Part shown: one piece after another, positions 46,922 through 57,331 of the stretch
Layout of the letters: the number at the start of each line of letters is the position of its first letter
How positions within the stretch are numbered: position 1 is the first letter of the stretch
NCBI GenBank assembly: GCA_016840405.1
Contig: JAEOSK010000006.1
Span: 37,260-101,259, forward strand
DNA length: 64,000 bases
Direction: 5' to 3'
Origin: Candidatus Hermodarchaeum yapensis
GTDB lineage: Archaea > Asgardarchaeota > Hermodarchaeia > Hermodarchaeales > Hermodarchaeaceae
Made by a program: the position numbers and the translations under genes
The notes under the pieces: generated by a model
The model's input: the letters and a program-made list of their open reading frames with translations, nothing else
What the model was told of the DNA's origin: nothing
Database searches by the model: none

Positions 46922-47557
46922 TTATTTTAAGTGATTTTCGTTTTGTTTGTGACGGCGTAGAGGGGGCAGGAAGCGCCCAGTTCGTTGCATATAGCTACGA
47001 TATTGGTCGCCAAATTGGGTGATCAGCATTCGTTCTTCTCGCTTTGAAATGGGATATAACATGATGATAATGAGGAGGGCAAATATGGTGACGAAGAGGT
47101 TGGCAATGATGAGAAGTATTGAGAGGGTGATGAGAATGAAGACAGTGTACATGGGATGGCGAACCCGCGAATAGGGGCCAGCTGTGATGATGACATGTTC
47201 GTCAATTACTCTTAGTTCAGCCCCATAATAGCGACCTAAGGTTCGGTGTATCCAGGTTATTAGTGGCAGGGCGCTGATGCCAAGAATGACACCCACCCAT
47301 CGTAGGAAAGAGGGGAATGGTAGGTGGAACCACAGACTCAAAAGCGGAATTAGAAAATAGATGATAAGGGATGCAAACATCCCAATGATGCCTATGAATA
47401 ATAGTACTCCGGCCCACCCAAGACTTTGTTTGCGGGTTGTCTCTGTTTTGTTTTGAGATTCTTTTCGGGCAACTTTGCTACGATAGTAAATGCGTATTGT
47501 TGCAAAGATTCCGAAGATTAAGAGGAGGAGAATTTGAAACAGGAGTTCTTCATTCAT
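46922..47557 (-). CDS. Isoprenylcysteine carboxyl methyltransferase (ICMT/PEMT) family membrane protein
   Basis: GPYSRVRHPMY, EE..L...FG..Y..Y...T.RF.P. Confidence 0.88.
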   Translation of the reverse strand: MNEELLFQILLLLIFGIFATIRIYYRSKVARKESQNKTETTRKQSLGWAGVLLFIGIIGMFASLIIYFLIPLLSLWFHLPFPSFLRWVGVILGISALPLITWIHRTLGRYYGAELRVIDEHVIITAGPYSRVRHPMYTVFILITLSILLIIANLFVTIFALLIIIMLYPISKREERMLITQFGDQYRSYMQRTGRFLPPLRRHKQNENHLK

Positions 47558-47695
47558 TTTGAACAACCTCAATCAGTAGAACGGCAGGGTGTTAAGTTCA
47601 AGTGGAATTGAATCTTTCCGTTAGGGGCAAATCAGTGTTTTCTACTGCATAGGAATATCCTGTGTATCAGATAACAATTGAAAAAGCCCTATAGA

Positions 47696-48490
47696 TTAGA
47701 TGCGGACACCATAGCCTTGGCTTTTGAGAGCTGCAATCCATGTTTCCTGAGATTTGGTAAGTGTTAGCAGGGGGTTTTTTTCTAGTCGTAGGACCTTCAA
47801 AGAAGTGAGATTGGTGATTGAATCGGGAAGATGGGTTAGTTGGTTGATGTTGAGTGATAGTGTTTCCAGTCCCGTCAGGTTGCCTAGGGATTCCGGAAGG
47901 GCAGTAAGCTGGTTATTGTGAACTGAGAGAATTTTAAGTTTAGTCAGCTGCCCCATACTTTCGGGGAGGTTTTGTAACTGATTGATTGCGGCGATGAAAT
48001 CATACAGTTTGCTCAACTTTCCAATGCTCTCGGGTAGTTCCCTTAATTGAACATTGAGAAGACCCAGTCGTTTTAGGGATTTGAGTTGTCCAATCGTGTG
48101 AGGAAGGCGTGGTATTTGATTTCGTGATAAATCAAATCGCCAGAGGTTGGGTAAATCGCCAATACTATCAGGGAGGGTTTGGATTTGGTTGCTGAAGACA
48201 TCGAGGTTCTGGAGTTGTTTGAGTTCACCGATGCTTTCGGGAAGTGTTGTGAGGTGGTTGTCCCGAAGATATAACCGTTGGAGATTGGTGAGATTGCGAA
48301 TGGTTTCGGGGAGTTCCTTTAGTTGTTGTTGTCGTAAACTTAGACCGATGACGCTTGTTCCTTCATAAACGAAGCCGGTTCGATAGAAGCCAATACCTTG
48401 ATCAGGAATGGGTTTGCCGATGATTTCTTCAAGTTCTTTGAGGACGCGAACCTCTTCGACTTTAAGTTGGATATTGCGATAGTTGGTCAT
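47696..48490 (-). CDS. Leucine-rich repeat protein
   Basis: About 8 23-aa repeats LxxLxLxxNxLxxLPxxIGxL. Confidence 0.92.
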   Translation of the reverse strand: MTNYRNIQLKVEEVRVLKELEEIIGKPIPDQGIGFYRTGFVYEGTSVIGLSLRQQQLKELPETIRNLTNLQRLYLRDNHLTTLPESIGELKQLQNLDVFSNQIQTLPDSIGDLPNLWRFDLSRNQIPRLPHTIGQLKSLKRLGLLNVQLRELPESIGKLSKLYDFIAAINQLQNLPESMGQLTKLKILSVHNNQLTALPESLGNLTGLETLSLNINQLTHLPDSITNLTSLKVLRLEKNPLLTLTKSQETWIAALKSQGYGVRI

Positions 48491-48648
48491 TTTAAATTCC
48501 TTGAAGCTTTGCCCGAGAGCGAATAGGATTCACTGTTCTGGAATAATGTATTATTACACTTTTGAGGATTATTGTAACACTTTTTATACAAATGTAATAT
48601 TTTCTGACTCATTTGGATGAATCTATTATAGTATTTTTTCATGATTAA

Positions 48649-49419
48649 CTACAATTTTGTAGAGTTGGGCGATGGTGAAGGCTCTGCTGATCTAAGAGAC
48701 ATCTCGACTATTCGTGTATCAATATCTACCATTTCTTGAGGTTGTTGGGAAAGTGATGGCATAACTGTGGTTTTGCCTTGAAGCCACCAACTCAGTGTCA
48801 TCATAATTGCGATTATTATACAGGTTAGGGTTGCACCCCGAACTAGAAAAATTACTTCAGCTGGATCAATTTGAGGATAAAACAACATCGGATTCAAATT
48901 AATGAAAAGAACCAGAGGGGGTAAAAAAAATAGCCAAATTGACAGGCCAAATAACCACCACCATTTGACTCTATGGTAGGCACATGCTTTGCAGGCCACA
49001 CCATTGAAACGAAAGAGTCCAATGGTTCTACTCCACGCTGGTTTGATCCGTACAAGACATTTAGTGCAAAAAAGTTGTCCACATATAGCACAGCGGTCAT
49101 AAGCCAACTCTTCTGAATGAATAGAACACTGACTACCCTTCGGAAATGCCTCTGCGTGGACTCGACTTTCACGGAACAGAAATACTGCTGTAAGGATGGC
49201 GCCTAATGTTCCTGCCAGAGCAATTGCTGAAGCAATAGAAGCCCATGGATGGGGTAACAACCAATAATAGAGCCCTTGGGCAAGAATCAGTATGCTCGTA
49301 AGAGCGTAGAACATAGCCACCTTATAGTCAGGAGTGTTAGTACTTACGATCCATCGCAAAGAGTTGCCATTCAAATACGTCCCATTATCCAATTGTTTCC
49401 CTCCTATTTTGAGTATCAC
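48649..49419 (-). CDS. Membrane protein with internal B-box-type zinc finger
   Basis: CSIH...CAICG..FC.KC...CKAC between TM pairs; start uncertain. Confidence 0.65.
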   Translation of the reverse strand: MILKIGGKQLDNGTYLNGNSLRWIVSTNTPDYKVAMFYALTSILILAQGLYYWLLPHPWASIASAIALAGTLGAILTAVFLFRESRVHAEAFPKGSQCSIHSEELAYDRCAICGQLFCTKCLVRIKPAWSRTIGLFRFNGVACKACAYHRVKWWWLFGLSIWLFFLPPLVLFINLNPMLFYPQIDPAEVIFLVRGATLTCIIIAIMMTLSWWLQGKTTVMPSLSQQPQEMVDIDTRIVEMSLRSAEPSPSPNSTKL

Positions 49420-49444
49420 ATTTCACAGTTATATTCCTTTACAA

Positions 49445-49672
49445 ATGACACTCAGACTGCAGTACGCACTAAGAAACTTATCTGGACGAGAATTCGATAT
49501 TATCGAAAGCTTGAAGGAATTCAAACAGGTCAAAGAAGCTCGGACCACCCTTGGCTCCTGGGATATTATTGCATCAGTTGAATCTGAGTCAATGGAAGCT
49601 CTCTACGTTCTTGTTGAACGAATTCGCGCCCTTCGAAATGTAGAGCGTACCTCCACCCTCATTACAAGATGA
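49445..49672 (+). CDS. Stand-alone Lrp/AsnC ligand-binding (RAM) domain protein
   Basis: G.WDIIA.VE...IR....V..T.TLI. Confidence 0.75.
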   Translation: MTLRLQYALRNLSGREFDIIESLKEFKQVKEARTTLGSWDIIASVESESMEALYVLVERIRALRNVERTSTLITR

Positions 49673-49902
49673 TCTCATATACTCAATACTCACTGAAAAC
49701 CATTAAACCTTAAAACTTACAAAAAATGCTGCTACCAGCAATATTGCGACAAAAATAGTAGCATACTTGTATCCCACTACCTTTCGTCACAAACTGATCT
49801 GCCACAATGCTTCATTTCGTAGTGGGGTTCTCGCCCATATATCTAGGCCACAAGAACCTCACAGGAGAAGAAAGAAGATTTAAGACATGTCAGAGGTAAT
49901 GT

Positions 49903-50340
49903 TTGAGTGAGGTGAATGGGTTGAGTGTTAATACTGAATCAACACCACTACGCACAGCAAGTTGGGTTCTGACACTTATCGGTGGAATAATTGTCATTGC
50001 ATCTCAAGGACTTTCCATTTGGGGTTATTTCATGATGTTACAAATGATACCAATGATGCCACCCGAATATGCTCCACTCATGCTCTTGTCCATGCAGCTG
50101 ATGTTAATATACACCGTTGCTAACATATCTCTCGGTACTTTAATTCTAATTTCCGCAATTGTAGCATTATGGAAGAATCTAATGGCGGGTGGAATACTCG
50201 CAATCATTTTTTCTATAGGGCTTTTTGTAACTTCTGGTTTCATTGCATGGGTGGGAGCGATTTTGGCAATAATCGGTGGTATTTTTTGTATTATTATTGC
50301 AAGGAGTAAACCGAAATCACCAGAACCAGAAATCATCTAG
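49903..50340 (+). CDS. 4-TM hypothetical membrane protein
   Basis: L.LIGGI...GAILAIIGG hydrophobic helices. Confidence 0.65.
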   Translation: MSEVNGLSVNTESTPLRTASWVLTLIGGIIVIASQGLSIWGYFMMLQMIPMMPPEYAPLMLLSMQLMLIYTVANISLGTLILISAIVALWKNLMAGGILAIIFSIGLFVTSGFIAWVGAILAIIGGIFCIIIARSKPKSPEPEII

Positions 50341-50535
50341 AGATACATAAGAGAAGGAACCGAATCGTAACTGAAGAATATTAATCCCTGATCTTCTTAA
50401 GGGACCAGCTTCTAGTCCCACCTTTTTTTCTTTCACGTTTCGTTTAAACGAATATCTGGATTAATACGCTTACTAGCCGGGAACGAAACAGTAAAAGCAC
50501 ACTTATGAACCGCACGGAATGGAAAGTGGTTTATC

Positions 50536-50757
50536 TTGGTTGCCGACCGCCGCTATGAGGATAAAATGGACTGGATCATGGGGATCGTAACGTTTGCAGG
50601 TGCAGCTGTCGGTGTTCTCTTCCCTTTTGCTCTCATTATTATGGGTATTGGCTTCTATCTGCCAAACCTTGAGTTATTTATCGTTACATGTCAGGTTGCA
50701 GGTTGTGCGATGATTGTGGTGGGGCTAGGGTACTTTGTTTGCCGAAAAGAGATTTAG
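50536..50757 (+). CDS. Small 2-TM membrane protein
   Basis: Two hydrophobic helices. Confidence 0.5.
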   Translation: MVADRRYEDKMDWIMGIVTFAGAAVGVLFPFALIIMGIGFYLPNLELFIVTCQVAGCAMIVVGLGYFVCRKEI

Positions 50758-50804
50758 GTACAACAAAAGAATTTTTCTAGCGGATAATAATCCAAGGAAT
50801 TTTC

Positions 50805-51581
50805 CTATGAACCCGGTTTTTGGCTAACTATTAGAAATCGGTGTTCTTGGATTTCTAGATAGCCTTCAGACTGGATTCTTTCATGTAGTTGGTAGAGAAG
50901 ATCCTGATATTGGGCAACTGAGAAACCAGGAATAACCCAAGGTATCGCTTTGAGGAAATAGATGATAGCACCAACATCATAGAACCGTGACTTAGGGAAG
51001 GCTTCATCCACTTTGATGATGTCAAATCCGACACCTTGGAGTTCTTCCGCGGCTGATTTTGCAGTCCAGGGTTGAGCCCCAATGTCAGGAGTTGTGCCAA
51101 AGAGGGTGTTGATCTCGATATCGTTTTGGTCACCTACTTGTTGCGTGATGAAGTAGCCATCATGTTGGAGGATGCGGTAAACTTCGATGGGATCGTAGGA
51201 TTCATGACGATTAATGATAAGGTCGAATTCAGCGTCTTTGAAAGGGAGGTTTGTTTCGTCAGTGATTTTGAAGACTCTAACACCTAAGGGTTCAAGACGT
51301 TGCTGAGCAAGAGGAAAATTAGGAGGATGACCTTCGGTGGCGCAGGTGTGTGCTGGGAGGGGCGCTAAAAGAGAAAGAAATTCACCTCCACCAGTTCCCA
51401 TATCGAGTAGCGAACTAGCATCCCTGAGATATGGCCAGAGAGTGCTGGCGTAACTCCAGGGGAGGGGTTCTGATTGCCATCGTCCAGCATGACTAAGGTA
51501 GGAGAAATCCCATCCCGAAAATGGCTGTTCGGCCTCTTTGAGTAGGTGCTGGAAGAGTTTATTCTTAGAATTAGGCAACAC
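50805..51581 (-). CDS. Class I SAM-dependent methyltransferase
   Basis: GWDFS, LDMGTGGGE, FDLIINRH, FITQQVG. Confidence 0.88.
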   Translation of the reverse strand: MLPNSKNKLFQHLLKEAEQPFSGWDFSYLSHAGRWQSEPLPWSYASTLWPYLRDASSLLDMGTGGGEFLSLLAPLPAHTCATEGHPPNFPLAQQRLEPLGVRVFKITDETNLPFKDAEFDLIINRHESYDPIEVYRILQHDGYFITQQVGDQNDIEINTLFGTTPDIGAQPWTAKSAAEELQGVGFDIIKVDEAFPKSRFYDVGAIIYFLKAIPWVIPGFSVAQYQDLLYQLHERIQSEGYLEIQEHRFLIVSQKPGS

Positions 51582-51653
51582 GGAGAGCCTCCGTCATATT
51601 GTTCTGTGCTTTCTTGGATAAAGCATTGAATGGGGGAATTGTTGACTGTCAGT

Positions 51654-52625
51654 TCAATGACCATATAAGCGTTGGGCGTTCCGCCAGTAGAGGTCAGCAA
51701 GAACTCGCTTGGGAAGATTCAATCCGTTGATGAAGGTACCGCCATGGGCTTCTGTGTCGGGATCAGGAAAGGGAAGGGGAACCTTTCGGTCTTTGGTTTC
51801 CCAGAGGATACGTTGAGCCAGGAATCGACGATTGTAGGGTGAAAGTTGATTAGCATTGCTCTGCTTTAGATTCTGTTCTTCAGGAGGCTTATTGAGGGTG
51901 GCATCGGTTCCGAAGAGAATGCGTTTGGAATAGCGGATGAGGAACTGGCGTGCTTTCTTCGGGTCCTTACTGAGCTCCCGGGCCATCCATCTAGAGGAAG
52001 CGGTATCTACAACAATGTTGGGATACTGATCAAACCATTTACCGAGATGGGGGAGACGATGAATTTCGGGTTGAGCCCCAAAATGAGCGAGTTGGAAGGT
52101 TAGATCCGAGTACTTTTCGATGAGCTTCTCGAGTTGGTTTAGGTGCTCTTCTTTTGTACCATAGATTGCAGACTTTGCATAGGTTGTAGCATAGTAGGTG
52201 TCAGGGTCTGCAACATGAAATAAGAGAGGGTAACCCTCTGCTTCCAACGTTGAGAAAATGGGCGCTAACCTTGGATCCGTGATGGAAAAGGCACTGGTAA
52301 GATTTTGCATATAATTACGCCAGCCTGGAGCAACCCACATCTTTGCGAGAGTAAAGCCTTCGTCTCGCATTTTCTTGATTTCGTGAACGACACCATTGAT
52401 TCTGAAGGCTACAATATCCCGAGTGGATAGGTATTTGGCAAAAACGAATTGACCCGGTAATTGGTCTGCGATATCGCGAGTCTCTTTGAGATGAGCGATG
52501 ACCAATTGTGCTTTGATGCCAAGTTGGTTCAATTCTTCTAGCGTTTTATCGAGAAATGAGGTATTCCAGATGTGCGTGTGTGCGTCAAAAATGGGACCTA
52601 AATATTTCCACTCAAAGTCTGACAA
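51654..52625 (-). CDS. Amidohydrolase 2 family protein
   Basis: DAHTH, FHVADP, AHFG, ILFGTD, Y..NA.RL. Confidence 0.85.
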   Translation of the reverse strand: MSDFEWKYLGPIFDAHTHIWNTSFLDKTLEELNQLGIKAQLVIAHLKETRDIADQLPGQFVFAKYLSTRDIVAFRINGVVHEIKKMRDEGFTLAKMWVAPGWRNYMQNLTSAFSITDPRLAPIFSTLEAEGYPLLFHVADPDTYYATTYAKSAIYGTKEEHLNQLEKLIEKYSDLTFQLAHFGAQPEIHRLPHLGKWFDQYPNIVVDTASSRWMARELSKDPKKARQFLIRYSKRILFGTDATLNKPPEEQNLKQSNANQLSPYNRRFLAQRILWETKDRKVPLPFPDPDTEAHGGTFINGLNLPKRVLADLYWRNAQRLYGH

Positions 52626-52693
52626 GGAATGATTCGCCCTACGATTGTTCGATTTCGATGCCTTAGAATAAATCAGCTATTTTAACCTTGTCG

Positions 52694-52990
52694 GCGAGAA
52701 ATTCTCTTCCTTCAGGTGGGGGATGGATTGCGGAGTTTAAAGGCTCTTTTGTGCTAGATCTAGGTATGCCCGACTGGATCCCTATTGCCCCAGTGATTAT
52801 GTGGCAGGGCTGCATCTCCGTGCATGAAGCCCCCGCCGGTATATGCAAGAAATTCCCCTGAAGAAGGGGCAGGTGTGGGGCGGAGCAGCGTGAGAACCTG
52901 GTAAGTTTTGGGCTAAACGGGCCTCGGCGACGAGCGTAACCCGAAGAAACAGTCCGCAGTCCCTCCCTTCCCGGGAGGAGAGGATGTCAC
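52694..52990 (+). mobile_element. Non-autonomous IS200/IS605(IS1341)-like miniature element / omegaRNA-like structured RNA
   Basis: Left hairpin GAAATTCTCTTCC-TTCA-GGTGGGGGATG; right hairpin CCTCCC/GGGAGG followed by GAGGATGTCAC; no ORF; GNRA hairpin inside. Confidence 0.6.
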
Positions 52991-53023
52991 CCCTTATCCT
53001 ATTCTAGAGAAGACGTGAATAAT

Positions 53024-53350
53024 TTAGTCGCCTCTAGAGTTTAGAGCTTGAGGTTCAAACATAAGAACATATGAGGGTTCCAGACTTTTCGGGGAGTGTT
53101 CAACTCCGCGTGGGATTACTGTCATATTACCTTCTGAGAGAGTGATTGCCGGTTGCCCTTTCACGCGAATGGTGATTCTGCCTTTAAGAACGAAGAAGAG
53201 TTCGTCTGCTGCAGAATGCTTATGCATGGGAAACTCACCATCAAAGAGGGCGAGTCGGACGGATTGGTCGTTAACTTGGGCAATTTCTTCTGGGGACCAG
53301 GGGGTGTTCATTTGACGAACCCGTTCCCAAACATCTATGATTGTTTGCAT
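53024..53350 (-). CDS. Cupin domain protein
   Basis: GEF..HKH..ADELFFVL.G, IPRGVEH.P. Confidence 0.88.
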   Translation of the reverse strand: MQTIIDVWERVRQMNTPWSPEEIAQVNDQSVRLALFDGEFPMHKHSAADELFFVLKGRITIRVKGQPAITLSEGNMTVIPRGVEHSPKSLEPSYVLMFEPQALNSRGD

Positions 53351-53557
53351 CGCTTCGCCTCCCAAAACTGACGTAGTATTTTACGGGTCTGTGCCTTATA
53401 CTCTCTTCGGTTTGAAAAGTTAGGTTCGTATTTTTCTGAACCAATTCGTTCTCAGAAAGGTCGAATTTTGATTTATTTTTGTCTAACTTCAAACCTCCCG
53501 ATTTCCATGTATATTTCTCTCAGCGGTATGTGAAAAAGGCTTGAGGTTTTAATTGTA

Positions 53558-54490
53558 ATGAAGAAAATACGTTCGAAGCTAACCCAAACCCGAATAATCA
53601 CTTTTAGCATATTTGCCCTGTTGGTAGTCGTACTCGCATTTACTCCTTCGAACCCAGGAATTCTTTCAGGACGTCAAACCTCGAATCTTGCTGGTGTAAA
53701 CGTGGCCGTGTATGGTGGCGGACATTCTACGGGTAATTTGGCTAGTAGAACAGCCTTGATCCACATGTTTGTGTGGATGGGAGCAATTGTGACCGAGTTA
53801 TCCCCCGATGCGGTAGTAAATGGAGATCTCACAGTTTATGATATGCTGGTTATGCCGGCGATATCACCTTACACCCTAAGAGACGAGATGACATCGATTT
53901 GTTATGATATTATTCGAGATTACATCGCAGCAGGTGGTGCCTTCTTTTGTATCACAGGAGGCACGTATTTCGAATGGGACTTTTTTGAATTATTCGATGT
54001 CAAGCTCCAAGGGAGCCTGCAAGAGCTTCCATCTGGTAAGAATCTCGTGACAATTAACATCAACAAGGAATCGACTGGTCCCGACTTATCTGCAGAGTCC
54101 GATTCTTATTCAGCTCTTGTGTGGACAGGAAGCTATTTTGATGCTCCCAGTATGAATGATGTCAACGTGATTGCTAGATATGACGAAAATGACCTTCCTT
54201 GTATGGTAACATTCGAATATGGTGATGGTACTGTCTTCCTTTCTAGCCCTCATCCTGAAAACGAAGAGGGGAATCCACGAGATGGAACGGATTATGAAGA
54301 TGAATTAGATGACCCTGATTCTGAATGGAATCTGTTGTTAATTATTTCACAATGGCTTGTTGATTTCACTGACGGTCCTACACCAAACCCATTCTCTGGG
54401 CGAATCATTATCATCGGAGTTGTGGTTGTAGTGGTTGTCGTCGTCGGCGGAGTAGGACTTTTCTTCATGAGACGGCGAACACCCACCTAA
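53558..54490 (+). CDS. Secreted BPL_N / class I glutamine amidotransferase-like protein with C-terminal TM, paralog 1
   Basis: VAVY, LVMP, GG.F, YG.GTVFLS.PHPE; TM-RRR tail. Confidence 0.7.
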   Translation: MKKIRSKLTQTRIITFSIFALLVVVLAFTPSNPGILSGRQTSNLAGVNVAVYGGGHSTGNLASRTALIHMFVWMGAIVTELSPDAVVNGDLTVYDMLVMPAISPYTLRDEMTSICYDIIRDYIAAGGAFFCITGGTYFEWDFFELFDVKLQGSLQELPSGKNLVTININKESTGPDLSAESDSYSALVWTGSYFDAPSMNDVNVIARYDENDLPCMVTFEYGDGTVFLSSPHPENEEGNPRDGTDYEDELDDPDSEWNLLLIISQWLVDFTDGPTPNPFSGRIIIIGVVVVVVVVVGGVGLFFMRRRTPT

Positions 54491-54677
54491 GGGTTCTCCA
54501 AAACATTGCATTGGTTATTCAATAACAAGTCCTTTTGTTGATTTCCAGTTTCCGCACTTTATTGTTCGCAAAAATACAAAGTTCATCGAGGTTTCAAAGA
54601 AATTCTGAACCGACCAGCTCAGGAGAATATTTGTGAAGTGAATCAATGCAAACTTCATCAGAATTCATTAACACAAA

Positions 54678-55649
54678 ATGACTCTTGAAAAAACGAATCT
54701 GCAAAGGAAGCTATTGAAAATGTTTGAACACCTTTCTACAAAGACAATTGCTCGAGGAGTGTTCTATTTCATTCTAAGTCTCACCCTCGTCAGTACACTT
54801 TTGCCCACAACTCCTGATGGGATGTTGGTGCAAGCTCAAACGGATCTGTCAGACATTCAAGTGGGGGTTTACAATGATGTCGGCGCTCATGATGACTGTG
54901 CCATTGCCTTGTATCACTGGCTCGCATGGATGAGCTCCAACGTTATTTGGATTGACAGTGAGAGTATTTACAATGGAACATTGAACTCCCTTGACCTTGT
55001 AGCCTTTCCAGGAGGTTCACCTGGGGGTTTTGCCGCAACCGTTGGTCTTGATGGAATTGAGCTTATCCGACAATTTGTTGCGAATGGTGGTTCGTATGTT
55101 GGGTATTGTGGGGGTGCTATGTTTGGAACCGACTATCTAAATTTAGCTCATGGATATTGGAGTAATGATATTCCAGGAATGTCCGGGGGCACGCACCTAG
55201 AGGAAATGGTTGTGAATCAAGCCTCCACGGGTCCGGATCTATCGGATGAGCCCGAATCATATGAAGTACTCTACTGGAGTTCAGCCTATTTCAGTCCCAC
55301 AGAAGAAACGAGCATCATTCCCATTATGTCATATACCCAAAACGACGAAGCGGCAATGTTCGTTGTCACTTATGACTATGGAACCGCCTTCCTCTGCGGG
55401 CCTCACCCTGAGTTCGAGGAAGGCAGTGACCGCGATGGAACCACGCTCTATGACTATCTGGATGACCCCGACTCTGAATGGGACCTTTTGAAAAAGGTCA
55501 CTCAGTGGCTCATCGATGAGTCCTTGGCTACACCACCACCGAACCCACTTGCAGGGGCTGGTGGGATCCTCATTCTTGTCGGAACCACAATAGTAGTCGT
55601 GATTATTGGGATAGCTGTTTTCGTGATCCGAAGACGGAGTAGTTTGTAA
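54678..55649 (+). CDS. Secreted BPL_N / class I glutamine amidotransferase-like protein with C-terminal TM, paralog 2
   Basis: FPGG, GGSYVGYCGGA, GPHPE; TM-RRR tail. Confidence 0.75.
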   Translation: MTLEKTNLQRKLLKMFEHLSTKTIARGVFYFILSLTLVSTLLPTTPDGMLVQAQTDLSDIQVGVYNDVGAHDDCAIALYHWLAWMSSNVIWIDSESIYNGTLNSLDLVAFPGGSPGGFAATVGLDGIELIRQFVANGGSYVGYCGGAMFGTDYLNLAHGYWSNDIPGMSGGTHLEEMVVNQASTGPDLSDEPESYEVLYWSSAYFSPTEETSIIPIMSYTQNDEAAMFVVTYDYGTAFLCGPHPEFEEGSDRDGTTLYDYLDDPDSEWDLLKKVTQWLIDESLATPPPNPLAGAGGILILVGTTIVVVIIGIAVFVIRRRSSL

Positions 55650-55758
55650 AAGGCAAAACCAACCGAGAAGAATCAAGTAGACGCATCTATTGTGTTACTC
55701 GGTTTGGTCCCCCTTTTTCTCAAAAGGCGCTTTCATGATAGATGATATTTCTTGAACA

Positions 55759-56307
55759 TCATCGGCTCCGGAGGAGATCGCTCTTCGCAAGAGCAATAAG
55801 GATGTCAACGGTGATTGTTGGATCTTCGGGTTGATTAAGGGCCATGAAGAGGTTATTGTTTATTGTTAGGGCTTTCTTTTTGCCGTAAACTCGGGCGGTT
55901 CCCTCTGAGCAGCCCCCCGCGGAGATTTTTTTGATGGCTTCGTTGAGCTGTTTCGCTGTGTCCCATAGTAGCACCGAATGGAACTCAGGATTTAAGCTAG
56001 TTAAATCAAAGAAGACGCTCAGGAGCATTTGATCGAGTTGGGCGTGATTGTGTTTCAGTCCCTTCTTAATGAGATCGATTCGTTGGCTCAGGTCGGATTC
56101 AGTGCGTTCATGTTTAGTTTTTTTGAGGATGTTAATTCGATCCCATGTCGATATTTCGGAGCGAACAACTTCACGGTTGTACTGTAGGTTTTTGAGCGTG
56201 GCTTCGCTGCGCCGGATATGGCGAACAAGGTGGGCGACGTTCGCGGTTTCTTGTGTGGTCCAAACTAGTGTTCGCGTCATGCGAGTGGTGTATGTTGATG
56301 CTGACAT
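55759..56307 (-). CDS. Hypothetical helical/coiled-coil protein
   Basis: GAGG RBS; no recognised motif. Confidence 0.55.
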   Translation of the reverse strand: MSASTYTTRMTRTLVWTTQETANVAHLVRHIRRSEATLKNLQYNREVVRSEISTWDRINILKKTKHERTESDLSQRIDLIKKGLKHNHAQLDQMLLSVFFDLTSLNPEFHSVLLWDTAKQLNEAIKKISAGGCSEGTARVYGKKKALTINNNLFMALNQPEDPTITVDILIALAKSDLLRSR

Positions 56308-56406
56308 TTTCCCTCAAGTAAATGATGTTATTGAGGGCTAAAGCCTTTTGTGAAGTTGAAATCACGGACTGATTGTTGCATTGAGTGAGAGGTTGGAATC
56401 TGGGAG

Positions 56407-57225
56407 TTAGATTTTCTTAGGCCCAAGATAATATTCAACAATTCCATCCCGCTTGATTAAGGGGACGACGATAAGTGCAATTACAATGATGACTGATGTT
56501 GTAATAGCTGTATACGCGATTATCGGTATGAATAGCCATTTCAAGGCGATACCTACAGAAGCCCATAGAACTACCAGGGCAAACCCAAAATCACGTCGAA
56601 GATACACCATTAGTACGGCTAGTAGCATTGCAACGACAGCTATAATTGCGGTTGCAAACCATTGGGTTGTATCTGGAATGCCAGGAATGATTACGTTCAA
56701 AGCGGAAGCGATGGCTGCAATTGAAGCAACACCTAACCAGGCTAAATAAACACTGAAGTGCAAGTGAACCGCCAATTTCTCATTGCGTGGAACCGCTTCT
56801 TTTCCAATTCCCAATCTTAGGAATACAAGAAGCATTAGGAGTAAAAGAATTAATAACATAACAACTGAGACAAAGAAAAACGGTGGAAATTGAGGATTCG
56901 CAGAATAGTGGAAGAAGAAAATCCAGGCAATATTAGCTAAAGCACCAAGGAAGTAGAAGATGTTGATTTTGGTCAAATAGGTTTCTTCTCGTTGACTGGA
57001 TCTTACTTGGTAGATTATGAAGATAATCGATTGGATGTAAATGATGAACCAAATCGAGAAAACGTATCCAGCGGGTGTGAAATAGTTAAAGTAGAGATCG
57101 GAGACTTGACCGGTATTCACGCCATTGATAGGGAGTACATTGGCTAGAATATTAATAATGATAACTGAAATGACTGCAATCACGTTAAGAACCTGTAAAA
57201 TTATGGGATTGATTTTTGCTGTCAT
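56407..57225 (-). CDS. TspO/tryptophan-rich sensory-like membrane protein
   Basis: VSD.Y...FTPAGYVFSIW..IY, N..W, FS.YL.W. Confidence 0.75.
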   Translation of the reverse strand: MTAKINPIILQVLNVIAVISVIIINILANVLPINGVNTGQVSDLYFNYFTPAGYVFSIWFIIYIQSIIFIIYQVRSSQREETYLTKINIFYFLGALANIAWIFFFHYSANPQFPPFFFVSVVMLLILLLLMLLVFLRLGIGKEAVPRNEKLAVHLHFSVYLAWLGVASIAAIASALNVIIPGIPDTTQWFATAIIAVVAMLLAVLMVYLRRDFGFALVVLWASVGIALKWLFIPIIAYTAITTSVIIVIALIVVPLIKRDGIVEYYLGPKKI

Positions 57226-57331
57226 AGTTTCGAAGTTATTCTTTGTGCTTTTATAGGTTAGCTTTTTTTAATTTCATTATCACATTCGAATATCAACTGG
57301 CTTTCCAGGAATGCACTTTTTGAACTTGCGT

